Virus genome (UHGV): UHGV-0067929
From: a virus
Length of the DNA: 41,007 nt
Reading direction: 5' to 3' (one strand)
Below the pieces are notes generated by a model. The model saw only the letters and a list, made by a program, of their open reading frames with translations. It had not been told where the DNA came from and ran no database searches. Both the position numbers and the translations under genes were made by a program. This document shows positions 34,022-41,007 of this stretch, in pieces (positions within the stretch are counted from its first letter, which is position 1; every line of letters begins with the position of its first letter).

Positions 34022-34238
34022 AGATGATGATCGATTCTTGCTCACCGCCAGGGGTGTCGGTTGAAGCGACGCCCTTCTCATCATCATCAAGTTTTCGAAC
34101 AGCATCTCGATGGTTTGCTATGCCTATAGCCCGACAAACATCTGAAGCGATAAACCATGGCTCACCATTAATGACGATTACTCGTATATCGCCTTGGGAT
34201 TCGAAAGAAAAAATGGACGTGCTTTTTGTAGCTGTCAT
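33543..34238 (-). CDS. Bro-N domain antirepressor-like protein, paralogue 3
   Basis: MTATKSTSIFSFESQGDIRVIVINGEPWFIASDV; SD CTAAAAGG; constant C-terminal module. Confidence 0.75.
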   Translation of the reverse strand: MTATKSTSIFSFESQGDIRVIVINGEPWFIASDVCRAIGIANHRDAVRKLDDDEKGVASTDTPGGEQESIIISESGLYTLILRCRDAVTPGTIPYRFRKWVTGEVLPQIRRTGSYIKNSLPQEERIKMVADQVANATASAVMQAMKIENKTYSAPLKPGYRSLIHSPSGVLGLTENSLLMNLLNQLQDDGHDVSGAAAELTTMFCYIVGVSKCLRDIQTHAEYINDKAGFF

Positions 34239-34468
34239 AGTGGTTACCTTTTAGTCTGGTTAATCACCACTACCGACGCCAATCGGTTGGTGGTGAACTG
34301 TGCAGGGTTGGCGTAACCGGCTAAAAGGACCCGGCGCACCTTTCGGTGCCCCCACACAGCCCACCATAATACGAATGTGGCCGTGCTATACGCATAAAAA
34401 AACCGCTTGCGCGGTGAATGCGCCTTTTAGTAATCCGGGACGCCAATCCCGGCACTGGATTTTGCCAG
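34239..34468 (-). ncRNA. structured leader RNA of Bro paralogue 3 (candidate c4-like regulatory RNA, variant specificity)
   Basis: Same architecture; elements at 34423-34430 (mimic CTAAAAGG), 34321-34328 (anti-SD CCTTTTAG), 34247-34254 (SD CTAAAAGG), all changed in concert. Confidence 0.45.
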
Positions 34469-34506
34469 TGCCTGATTACTATGGCACAAGAGGAGTGCGA
34501 TGTAAA

Positions 34507-34523
34507 TTTACCGCAAAGGTAAA
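34507..34523. promoter_or_regulatory. operator-like palindrome TTTACCGCAAAGGTAAA at Bro paralogue 3 leader promoter
   Basis: Same position relative to leader as 30806 and 31485 copies. Confidence 0.5.
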
Positions 34524-34553
34524 TATAAGCACTCCGCTTGGTAATTGCAAACC

Positions 34554-34826
34554 TTATCTGGTTTGCTTTCGTAATTGTTCGGCACAATAGTCGAGATGTG
34601 TTTGCAGATCCTGCATAGACATCTGTGAGCTGGTGACGTAGTTAATCAGTGCAGTCAGTTCGGCAAGTGGGCCATCGACATTAAATCCATCCTTATCGAG
34701 ATCCCGGAGTAATTTCATCAAGTGCGATCCCTCCACCAGTGACCTGACGCCTCCCGGCGTGTGAATCCTTTCGGTAAATCCGTCTTCCAGTGGATAGTGA
34801 TACTGCTGCATCTTAATCTTCTCCAT
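34554..34826 (-). CDS. stand-alone homologue of the Bro paralogue C-terminal module
   Basis: 90 aa; RIHTPGGVRSLVEGSHLMKLLRDLDKDGFNVDGPLAELTAL...DLQTHLDY aligns with LIHSPSGVLGLTENSLLMNLLNQLQDDGHDVSGAAAELTTM...DIQTHAEY. Confidence 0.5.
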   Translation of the reverse strand: MEKIKMQQYHYPLEDGFTERIHTPGGVRSLVEGSHLMKLLRDLDKDGFNVDGPLAELTALINYVTSSQMSMQDLQTHLDYCAEQLRKQTR

Positions 34827-34887
34827 GCAATAACTGTATATTTATACAGTAGCAAATAATTTGTTTGCTATCCAGCACGTTTTGCAA

Positions 34888-34904
34888 ATTACCTGAAAGG
34901 TAAT
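34888..34904. promoter_or_regulatory. operator-like palindrome ATTACCTGAAAGGTAAT between C-module gene and tailspike
   Basis: Perfect arms in divergent promoter region. Confidence 0.55.
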
Positions 34905-35007
34905 ATCTATTCATATTCACAGTCTTTCTATCCATATGTGGTTTTTCAGGTAATAGAATAACCAGATATGCGGCGCAACGGGTGCTGCGACTATCTGGAG
35001 ATTTAAC

Positions 35008-37023
35008 ATGACGGTCTCAACCGAAGTTGACCACAACGAATACACAGGTAACGGCGTTACGACATCATTTCCGTACACCTTCCGTATTTTCAAAAAATCC
35101 GACCTGGTTGTTCAGGTGTCTGACCTGAACGGGAACGTAACAGAATTGGTTCTGGATACCGGTTATACGGTAACTGGGGCGGGCACTTATAGTGGCGGTT
35201 CTGTTGTTCTTCCGTCGCCGCTTGCTGCTGGATGGCGAATTACGATAGATCGTGTGCTTGATGTAGTGCAGGAGACAGACCTTCGCAATCAGGGAAAGTT
35301 TTTCCCCGAAGTGCATGAAGATGCCTTTGACTACCTGACGATGCTGATCCAGCAATGTTTTGGGTGGTTCAGACGTGCATTGATGAAACCATCTTTGCTT
35401 GCAAAATATTACGATGCAAAGCAAAACAGAATTTCTAACCTTGCAGATCCATCACTTGAGCAGGACGCTGTAAATAATCGCTCAATGCGTAATTATGTCG
35501 ATGCTGCAATCGCCGGAGTTGTTGGTGGTTTTGGTTGGTTTATTCAGTATGGTTCAGGCGCGGTATATAGAACGTTTCAGGATAAGATGCGGGATACTGT
35601 CAGTGTTCTTGACTTTGGCGCTAAAGGTGATGGAGTCACAAATGATACAGATGCTTTCATTGCCGCGGCATCTGCTTCGCCACAAGGTGTTTATGTTCCT
35701 GATGGCACGTATTTATTGCCGGAAGATATTAATGGAAGATTTTATGGCCCAGGAAAAATAATTAAAGAGACAGGAGCGGAACGAATTCCGTTTACCAATG
35801 TAGCTCAGTCTCATAGCAACCTTATTTTAGGTTATGATGCCGCAAAAAATTACACTGACTCTGGTAAAGGTAATCAATTGGTTTTGCTTGGACCAAGTTC
35901 TGGTCGCAACATAACTAGCGGCACTAACACAATCGTGGTTGGTGTGGGTGGTTTGTCAGGAGATACTCTAGAAGATGATCTTACAGATAAGTCGCCATTT
36001 TCTGGAACAGAGATTATCAGTATAGGTATTAATGCTTTGAAGAAAGCCACCACTGGAAATAACATGATTGGTATTGGCAGGGATGCGCTAAACGAGTGTA
36101 AGGATGGTAGGTTCAATGTTGCAGTTGGTATGTCAGCTTTGCAGCAACTCCATTCTGGAGAAGCTAATGTTGCAATAGGACGCTCTGCAGGAATGCGTAC
36201 TGGCATCTACACAGACCCTCAAGGTGTACGTCTTGGGTATAATAAATGTAATGGAAATACCCTTATTGGTAATGCAGCTGGTAGGGAGTTAAAGCAAGGT
36301 GATCATAACACAGCTATAGGTAATGGAGCATTGCGAGGAGTATCATCAACAGAGAACCCATACACTGGGACTCTCACAGGTAATTTTAATACAGCAATTG
36401 GTGTTGATGCTCTCAATTCCCTATCCTCAGGTGACCTGAATGTTATGATAGGAGCAAGAGCAGGAAGAAAATTACCAACTGGAAATGGTAATATTTTTAT
36501 AGGTCCAGATGCTGGTGCCGGAATATCAGAAGATACCTCCAATAAATTCATTGTAAATAATCACAAAGGATTGCCTTTTTTAGAAGGTGTTATGGGAGGC
36601 GCACAAGCGGAAGATAACTATTTGCGTATAGATGGTAGTGTTGCCCCCCAGATAGATAATCAAAGAACTTGTGGTCAATCTAGTCGTAGATGGCAAACTG
36701 TCTTTGCAACTAATGGTGTAATACAAACATCTGACGGTAGATGTAAAGATGTGTATGAGATATCTACGGCAGAGTATAGTGCAGGGCTAGAATTAGCCAT
36801 TAGCATGATAAAGTTTAAATGGACAGATGCAGAATCTGATAAGTATCACTTCGGATGTATGGCTCAAGAAGTAATGCTGATTATGGAGAAATATAATCTT
36901 AACCCTACAGACTATTCTCTGGTTACTTATGATAAAGAATCGGATATGTATGGTGTAAATTACGCTGACTTATCTTGTTTCTGTATTGCCGCTATGTCTA
37001 AACATTTATTACGAAGTGCGTAA
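35008..37023 (+). CDS. tailspike protein (conserved N-terminal particle-binding domain, beta-helix, C-terminal peptidase S74 intramolecular chaperone)
   Basis: DFGAKGDGVTNDTDAF pectate-lyase-like motif; C-terminal SDGRCKDV...FKW...HFGCMAQEV...VNYADL chaperone-domain pattern. Confidence 0.85.
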   Translation: MTVSTEVDHNEYTGNGVTTSFPYTFRIFKKSDLVVQVSDLNGNVTELVLDTGYTVTGAGTYSGGSVVLPSPLAAGWRITIDRVLDVVQETDLRNQGKFFPEVHEDAFDYLTMLIQQCFGWFRRALMKPSLLAKYYDAKQNRISNLADPSLEQDAVNNRSMRNYVDAAIAGVVGGFGWFIQYGSGAVYRTFQDKMRDTVSVLDFGAKGDGVTNDTDAFIAAASASPQGVYVPDGTYLLPEDINGRFYGPGKIIKETGAERIPFTNVAQSHSNLILGYDAAKNYTDSGKGNQLVLLGPSSGRNITSGTNTIVVGVGGLSGDTLEDDLTDKSPFSGTEIISIGINALKKATTGNNMIGIGRDALNECKDGRFNVAVGMSALQQLHSGEANVAIGRSAGMRTGIYTDPQGVRLGYNKCNGNTLIGNAAGRELKQGDHNTAIGNGALRGVSSTENPYTGTLTGNFNTAIGVDALNSLSSGDLNVMIGARAGRKLPTGNGNIFIGPDAGAGISEDTSNKFIVNNHKGLPFLEGVMGGAQAEDNYLRIDGSVAPQIDNQRTCGQSSRRWQTVFATNGVIQTSDGRCKDVYEISTAEYSAGLELAISMIKFKWTDAESDKYHFGCMAQEVMLIMEKYNLNPTDYSLVTYDKESDMYGVNYADLSCFCIAAMSKHLLRSA

Positions 37024-37048
37024 GTACATATTTTATTGTTATTCCTAA

Positions 37049-37069
37049 ACCACCTCCTTGTGAGGTGGT
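37049..37069 (+). terminator. hairpin after tailspike (weak terminator)
   Basis: ACCACCTC-CTTGT-GAGGTGGT, poor U-tract. Confidence 0.35.
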
Positions 37070-37305
37070 ATGTTATAGCTATCTTTTACTGATTAAATCA
37101 GTGAATTAATAACTTAAATATTGTAATTATGCCTAAATTACTCGTTAATAATTTCTCTACCGTGTTTTAATCAGTGACACTTTTTCGGCAGTAATGAGTT
37201 TAACATTAGTATTACAATGAATTACCTGTTTAACCACATGTGGTTTATTGTGTATGATGAACCCCTTAAATTAGGGGGGCATATGCACATTAAACGGTGG
37301 TTTTT

Positions 37306-37710
37306 ATGTCAGTTCAGATAACCAGTGAGTCTTTAAATCAGTGGCTTAGCATGAGTTCTCTGGTGGCGGTTATAGCAGGAGCACCTCCTGAGGTTGCTTT
37401 GGGGTCTTTGGCTGGAGCGGTTATTTTTGTTACCTCTGCAGTAGAGTATCCCATTCGTCGTCGCGTACTCTTGTCGATGCTTAGCTTTCTCTGCGGACTT
37501 CTTTTCTACAAACCAGCAGCATCAATTCTTATCGGCATAGCCAGCCTGATCCCTACAATTACGCAGGACTCGTTTGAGAAAGGGATTGTTTTCTCTGCTG
37601 GTGCATTCGTGTCAGCAATCGTCGCAGTTCGAATTGGAATCTGGCTCTATCACCGTTCCGATAATCCACGCGAGTTAATTCCGGGGAGAAAAGGCGATGG
37701 TAACGCATGA
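37306..37710 (+). CDS. membrane protein, putative holin or holin regulator
   Basis: Several hydrophobic helices; first gene of lysis cassette; start at ATG 37306 after GGTGG. Confidence 0.5.
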   Translation: MSVQITSESLNQWLSMSSLVAVIAGAPPEVALGSLAGAVIFVTSAVEYPIRRRVLLSMLSFLCGLLFYKPAASILIGIASLIPTITQDSFEKGIVFSAGAFVSAIVAVRIGIWLYHRSDNPRELIPGRKGDGNA

Positions 37711-38005
37711 GTTTTTTTTGCTTATTACCAATGCAGTTATTTGTACTGGCATAGCAATTCGCGTTGTCACATTCCGACGTAACGGATCTCAACATCGAAG
37801 ATGGGGTGGTTGGCTTGCTTATTTCCTGATTGTTGCATCGGCCAGTATTCCGGTTCGTGTCGCCTATGCAATCTGGTTCCGCACGCCAATGGCTGTGGAT
37901 TTATCTGAGGTCATTATCAACGCTGTCATGCTTGCTGCGGTTATTAAAACGCACGGTAACGTTGTTCAAATTTTCAAAGTATCGAGGTCTAAACATGGAG
38001 ATTAA
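37697..38005 (+). CDS. putative holin
   Basis: 102 aa with three hydrophobic segments and charged C-terminus, immediately upstream of and overlapping endolysin. Confidence 0.45.
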   Translation: MVTHEFFLLITNAVICTGIAIRVVTFRRNGSQHRRWGGWLAYFLIVASASIPVRVAYAIWFRTPMAVDLSEVIINAVMLAAVIKTHGNVVQIFKVSRSKHGD

Positions 38006-38624
38006 ACAATTCCAGCGAGCTGCTGGTATCAGCGATGTGCTGGCCGCACGCTGGTTCTCGCATATAACTTCTGCGATGAAAGAGTTTGGTATCAGAAAAC
38101 CCGAAGATCAGGCAATGTTTATTGCTCAGGTCGGGCATGAGTCTGGAGGCTTCACCCGGTTGCAGGAAAATTTCAACTACAGCGTCAGCGGACTGGCGAG
38201 CTTTGTCAGGACTGGACGCCTCACCCAGGGACAGGCTAATGCACTGGGGCGCCGTGCTGGTGAACCACCATTGCCACTTGAGCGCCAGCGCGCGATCGCA
38301 AATCTGGTTTACAGCAAACGCATGGGTAACAATGCTCCCGGCGATGGCTGGAATTACCGTGGGCGCGGGCTTATCCAGATTACCGGTTTGAATAACTATC
38401 GTGACTGCGGAAACGGTCTGAAAGTTGACCTGCTGGAGAATCCTGAACTGCTGGCGCAGGACGAATACGCGGCTCGTAGCGCGGCGTGGTTCTTTGCCAG
38501 CAAAGGATGCATGAAGTATACCGGTGATATTGCACGTGTAACTCTGATTATCAATGGTGGCCGGAACGGCATCGACGACCGGCGCGCGCGGTACGTCACT
38601 GCCAGTAAGGTGCTGGCTATATGA
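37995..38624 (+). CDS. endolysin, glycoside hydrolase family 19 type
   Basis: [12 protein letters not shown]...[12 protein letters not shown] motifs characteristic of GH19 chitinase-like lysozymes. Confidence 0.85.
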   Translation: MEIKQFQRAAGISDVLAARWFSHITSAMKEFGIRKPEDQAMFIAQVGHESGGFTRLQENFNYSVSGLASFVRTGRLTQGQANALGRRAGEPPLPLERQRAIANLVYSKRMGNNAPGDGWNYRGRGLIQITGLNNYRDCGNGLKVDLLENPELLAQDEYAARSAAWFFASKGCMKYTGDIARVTLIINGGRNGIDDRRARYVTASKVLAI

Positions 38625-39103
38625 TCTGGGCATTCGTAAAAGCATATTGGAAACAACTGATTATCGTGGTGATGCTTGCTGCTCTGTTCATCGTCGGAGT
38701 GGTTGCCTGGAATATACACGGCAGTCGCCAGTACGATGCCGGGTATGCGCAGGCGGAAGAAGACCGCAAAGACGAAGAAGACAAAGTTCGTCAGTACTAC
38801 GAACAGGAGAAAGTGACCAATGAACGTGAAGCGCAGCAGAGAATCGACCAGGCGCGCAATGATGCTCTTGATGCTGCCGCTCGCGCTGGCAGGTTGCAGC
38901 AACAACTCTTTGCCATCCGTGAGCAGCTCAGGCAGTATAACGCCATTGTCGGCGCTGGGACGTCAGCCGCAGACACCGGAGTTTTGCTTGCCGACGTGCT
39001 CAGCAAATCTCTCGAGAGAAACAGACAACTGGCAGAGTATGCTGACCGGGCAGCCGAAGCCGGAAGAGTCTGCGAAAAACAGTATGACACCCTGACAAGA
39101 TAG
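38621..39103 (+). CDS. Rz: i-spanin (Rz-like)
   Basis: N-terminal TM helix then long charged coiled-coil region; ATGA-coupled to endolysin; embeds a +1-frame lipoprotein ORF. Confidence 0.7.
   Translation: MIWAFVKAYWKQLIIVVMLAALFIVGVVAWNIHGSRQYDAGYAQAEEDRKDEEDKVRQYYEQEKVTNEREAQQRIDQARNDALDAAARAGRLQQQLFAIREQLRQYNAIVGAGTSAADTGVLLADVLSKSLERNRQLAEYADRAAEAGRVCEKQYDTLTR
38859..39095 (+). CDS. Rz1: o-spanin (Rz1-like lipoprotein) embedded in Rz
   Basis: [13 protein letters not shown] lipobox, Pro-rich mature peptide, entirely within Rz in another frame. Confidence 0.6.
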   Translation: MMLLMLPLALAGCSNNSLPSVSSSGSITPLSALGRQPQTPEFCLPTCSANLSRETDNWQSMLTGQPKPEESAKNSMTP

Positions 39104-39286
39104 CATGGCATTTTTCATGGTACTGATTTCCGGTGACGGTATATAAAACGGTACGGTGAAAATCATGTTGCAGGAAGTTGTTATCAGTCAATTGGTTATG
39201 GTATCCGTAAATAATTGAGTGGGAATAAACCCGAACACTAAATGCTGAGGTTTTCTATTCGTACGAGGCTTCAGCATATTTTGGTA

Positions 39287-39321
39287 ACAAAACCCTCTGT
39301 TCATCCACTGGAGGGTTTTTT
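39287..39321. terminator. bidirectional terminator at prophage/host junction region
   Basis: A-tract, AACCCTC...GAGGGTT hairpin, TTTTTT. Confidence 0.6.
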
Positions 39322-39378
39322 ATGCAATTAAAAAGCCCATAATCCTCACGAATTACAGGCCTGGTAGTGGAAAGACGA

Positions 39379-39921
39379 TTAATTAAACCAACTGTCTGAT
39401 TTATTTTCTTCTGCTTTACCCACGCTTTTCATCAAATCACGACCACCTTCAGTCATATTCCTGTTAGCGTCAGCTTCAGATTGTACAACATCGGTTTGCG
39501 CTGCTTTGTGTTTCAGTTCCTGATCGATAAATTCGTTCTCACGCTTAACGCGCGCTTCTTCTTTTGCCAGCGCCAGTTTTTGCTTCTGAATCTCTAAGTT
39601 GCGTAGCTCATCTTCATAACTTTGATCGCGCTTTTTATCCGCAGTGAATTCGGCGTCCCGTTTATCCTGGCGAGCTTTTTTATCCGCTGCTGCTGCTGCC
39701 GCTCTTTTATTCGCTGCGGCCTGAGCGTTTGCGCGCCGTTGCTTCTCTTGCTGGATTTCCCTGTTGCGCTCCGCAACCCATTCGTCATGCTGCCTTTGTT
39801 CTTCATTTTTGCCTTGCTGTTCAGCTTCTGCGACCGCAGAGAGTTGATCCTGTAATGAAGAGGCGAAAGCCGGGCTACTAACAGCAGCTAATATGGCGGC
39901 GCAAAGAAAAACTTTCTTCAT
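39379..39921 (-). CDS. secreted Ala/Lys/Glu-rich coiled-coil protein (host-like)
   Basis: Signal peptide MKKVFLCAAILAAVSSPAFA; lies outside the lysis cassette beyond a bidirectional terminator. Confidence 0.55.
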   Translation of the reverse strand: MKKVFLCAAILAAVSSPAFASSLQDQLSAVAEAEQQGKNEEQRQHDEWVAERNREIQQEKQRRANAQAAANKRAAAAAADKKARQDKRDAEFTADKKRDQSYEDELRNLEIQKQKLALAKEEARVKRENEFIDQELKHKAAQTDVVQSEADANRNMTEGGRDLMKSVGKAEENKSDSWFN

Positions 39922-39936
39922 GAGTCCTCCTGATAG

Positions 39937-40455
39937 TTAGCTCTTTTCAGGACATTTTGTATTTGGCTGAATACGCGTTTCGTTATAAGTGGTGGTAATA
40001 ACAACGGCTAAACCCGTTGTGAACTGGCATTCTTTACCCACCTGGGTGGAGGTGTACACTTTGGTGCCTTCCTTATAAGTTAAAGAGACACCTTCCACTA
40101 AGGTTTTATCATTCACCATAGTACCCGCTGCCGCGCCTACAGCTCCGCCACCAACTGCACCAGCCGTTGTTCCGGAGTTACTACCAGATCCAACGTTATG
40201 GCCGATAACGCCGCCTGCGACAGCGCCAATAAGTGCGCCAAAGGCTTGCGCATTCCGTTTATTTTGTGAGTTATCTACGGCAACTTTTGCGGGAAGAATG
40301 GAGATAATATTAACGGTTTTAGTTTCTTGCTTTGTATTCAGTTGATCGGTTTGATAGACATCGGCGGCATGGTCGTCAGCATTTGACTGGCATCCTGCCA
40401 GGGTGAATGACGCTAAAATTGCCACAGGCAGAAAACATTTTTTAAATTTCATCAC
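39937..40455 (-). CDS. glycine-zipper lipoprotein (YcfJ/Umo-like, host-like)
   Basis: Lipobox LAGC; GALIGAVAGGVIGHNVGSG glycine-zipper core resembling E. coli YcfJ as recalled. Confidence 0.65.
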   Translation of the reverse strand: MMKFKKCFLPVAILASFTLAGCQSNADDHAADVYQTDQLNTKQETKTVNIISILPAKVAVDNSQNKRNAQAFGALIGAVAGGVIGHNVGSGSNSGTTAGAVGGGAVGAAAGTMVNDKTLVEGVSLTYKEGTKVYTSTQVGKECQFTTGLAVVITTTYNETRIQPNTKCPEKS

Positions 40456-41007
40456 TATTCCTTGTTGTACACATTACGAAAAATAAGACATTTAAGATCA
40501 TCAAAAGAAGAAAGTAAATGTATTGCGGATAAAGGAATAGATTTAATTTATTAAAATTCACCAGGATAATAAATTAATAAAAAATATAATTGAAATATAT
40601 ATATTAATTTAATGTTTATTCCGTCCTTAGGCAAGATGATCGTCAGTCAGGGCAAAGAGGCGAGATTTAAGGTGAAAGAATGCTTGCCGCTTTGATAACA
40701 ACAAAGAGCAACAGCATCTGACAACATTGAGCCGTCTTGTTCAGGAAGGATGACGAAGGTAACCGCTAACGTTGTACCGATGATTCGATAGAGAGTGTGG
40801 ATTGTTGAGCTTCTTTTTTGCTCTGATGATGCTGCCAGGCACTGACGGACGAGTAGATAAAGCGGCCAAAGAAGAAGATAAAGCTAATGAGTAGTACGAT
40901 ACGGGTCATACGACTGTTAAATCGGTGTCGTTTTCGCATACTGGTTGCCTGACTCACAAAAGGTTCCTTGAAGTATGTCCCACTCAGGAGACGGTACTTA
41001 CATTAAG

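Noticed and set aside
37989-38645. 218-aa minus-strand ORF
   Set aside because: Antisense to the GH19 endolysin gene, which has clear catalytic motifs
1-41007. CRISPR arrays, insertion sequences or transposases
   Set aside because: No regularly spaced short direct repeats and no transposase-like ORFs were seen anywhere in the window

Overview
This 41-kb window is almost entirely one prophage in an enterobacterial-type genome (about 50% GC), with host-like genes at the right edge; integrase and attL are not in the window. Left to right: a leftward early operon (orphan adenine methylase, AlpA-like regulator, Bet/RecT-type annealase with a PD-(D/E)xK exonuclease), a CI-like repressor and divergent Cro-like gene, lambda O/P-like replication genes with an intragenic iteron array, a nin-like region (PD-(D/E)xK nuclease, HNH endonuclease, DUF551, ASCH-like), terminase small and large subunits, a small island carrying a phage-borne tRNA-Arg(UCU), a podovirus-type (T7/epsilon15-like) virion module, an accessory island with three Bro-N antirepressor paralogues, a tailspike with a C-terminal intramolecular chaperone domain, and a holin / GH19 endolysin / Rz-Rz1 lysis cassette. 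The most notable observations are: (1) each Bro-N gene has a conserved ~290-bp leader with an SD-mimic / loop-displayed anti-SD / SD triad that co-varies between paralogues, resembling a c4-type RNA switch; (2) a 17-bp palindrome (ATTACC-N5-GGTAAT) recurs at about 15 promoter regions across the prophage. All protein calls are from reading motifs in the supplied translations, not from database searches.
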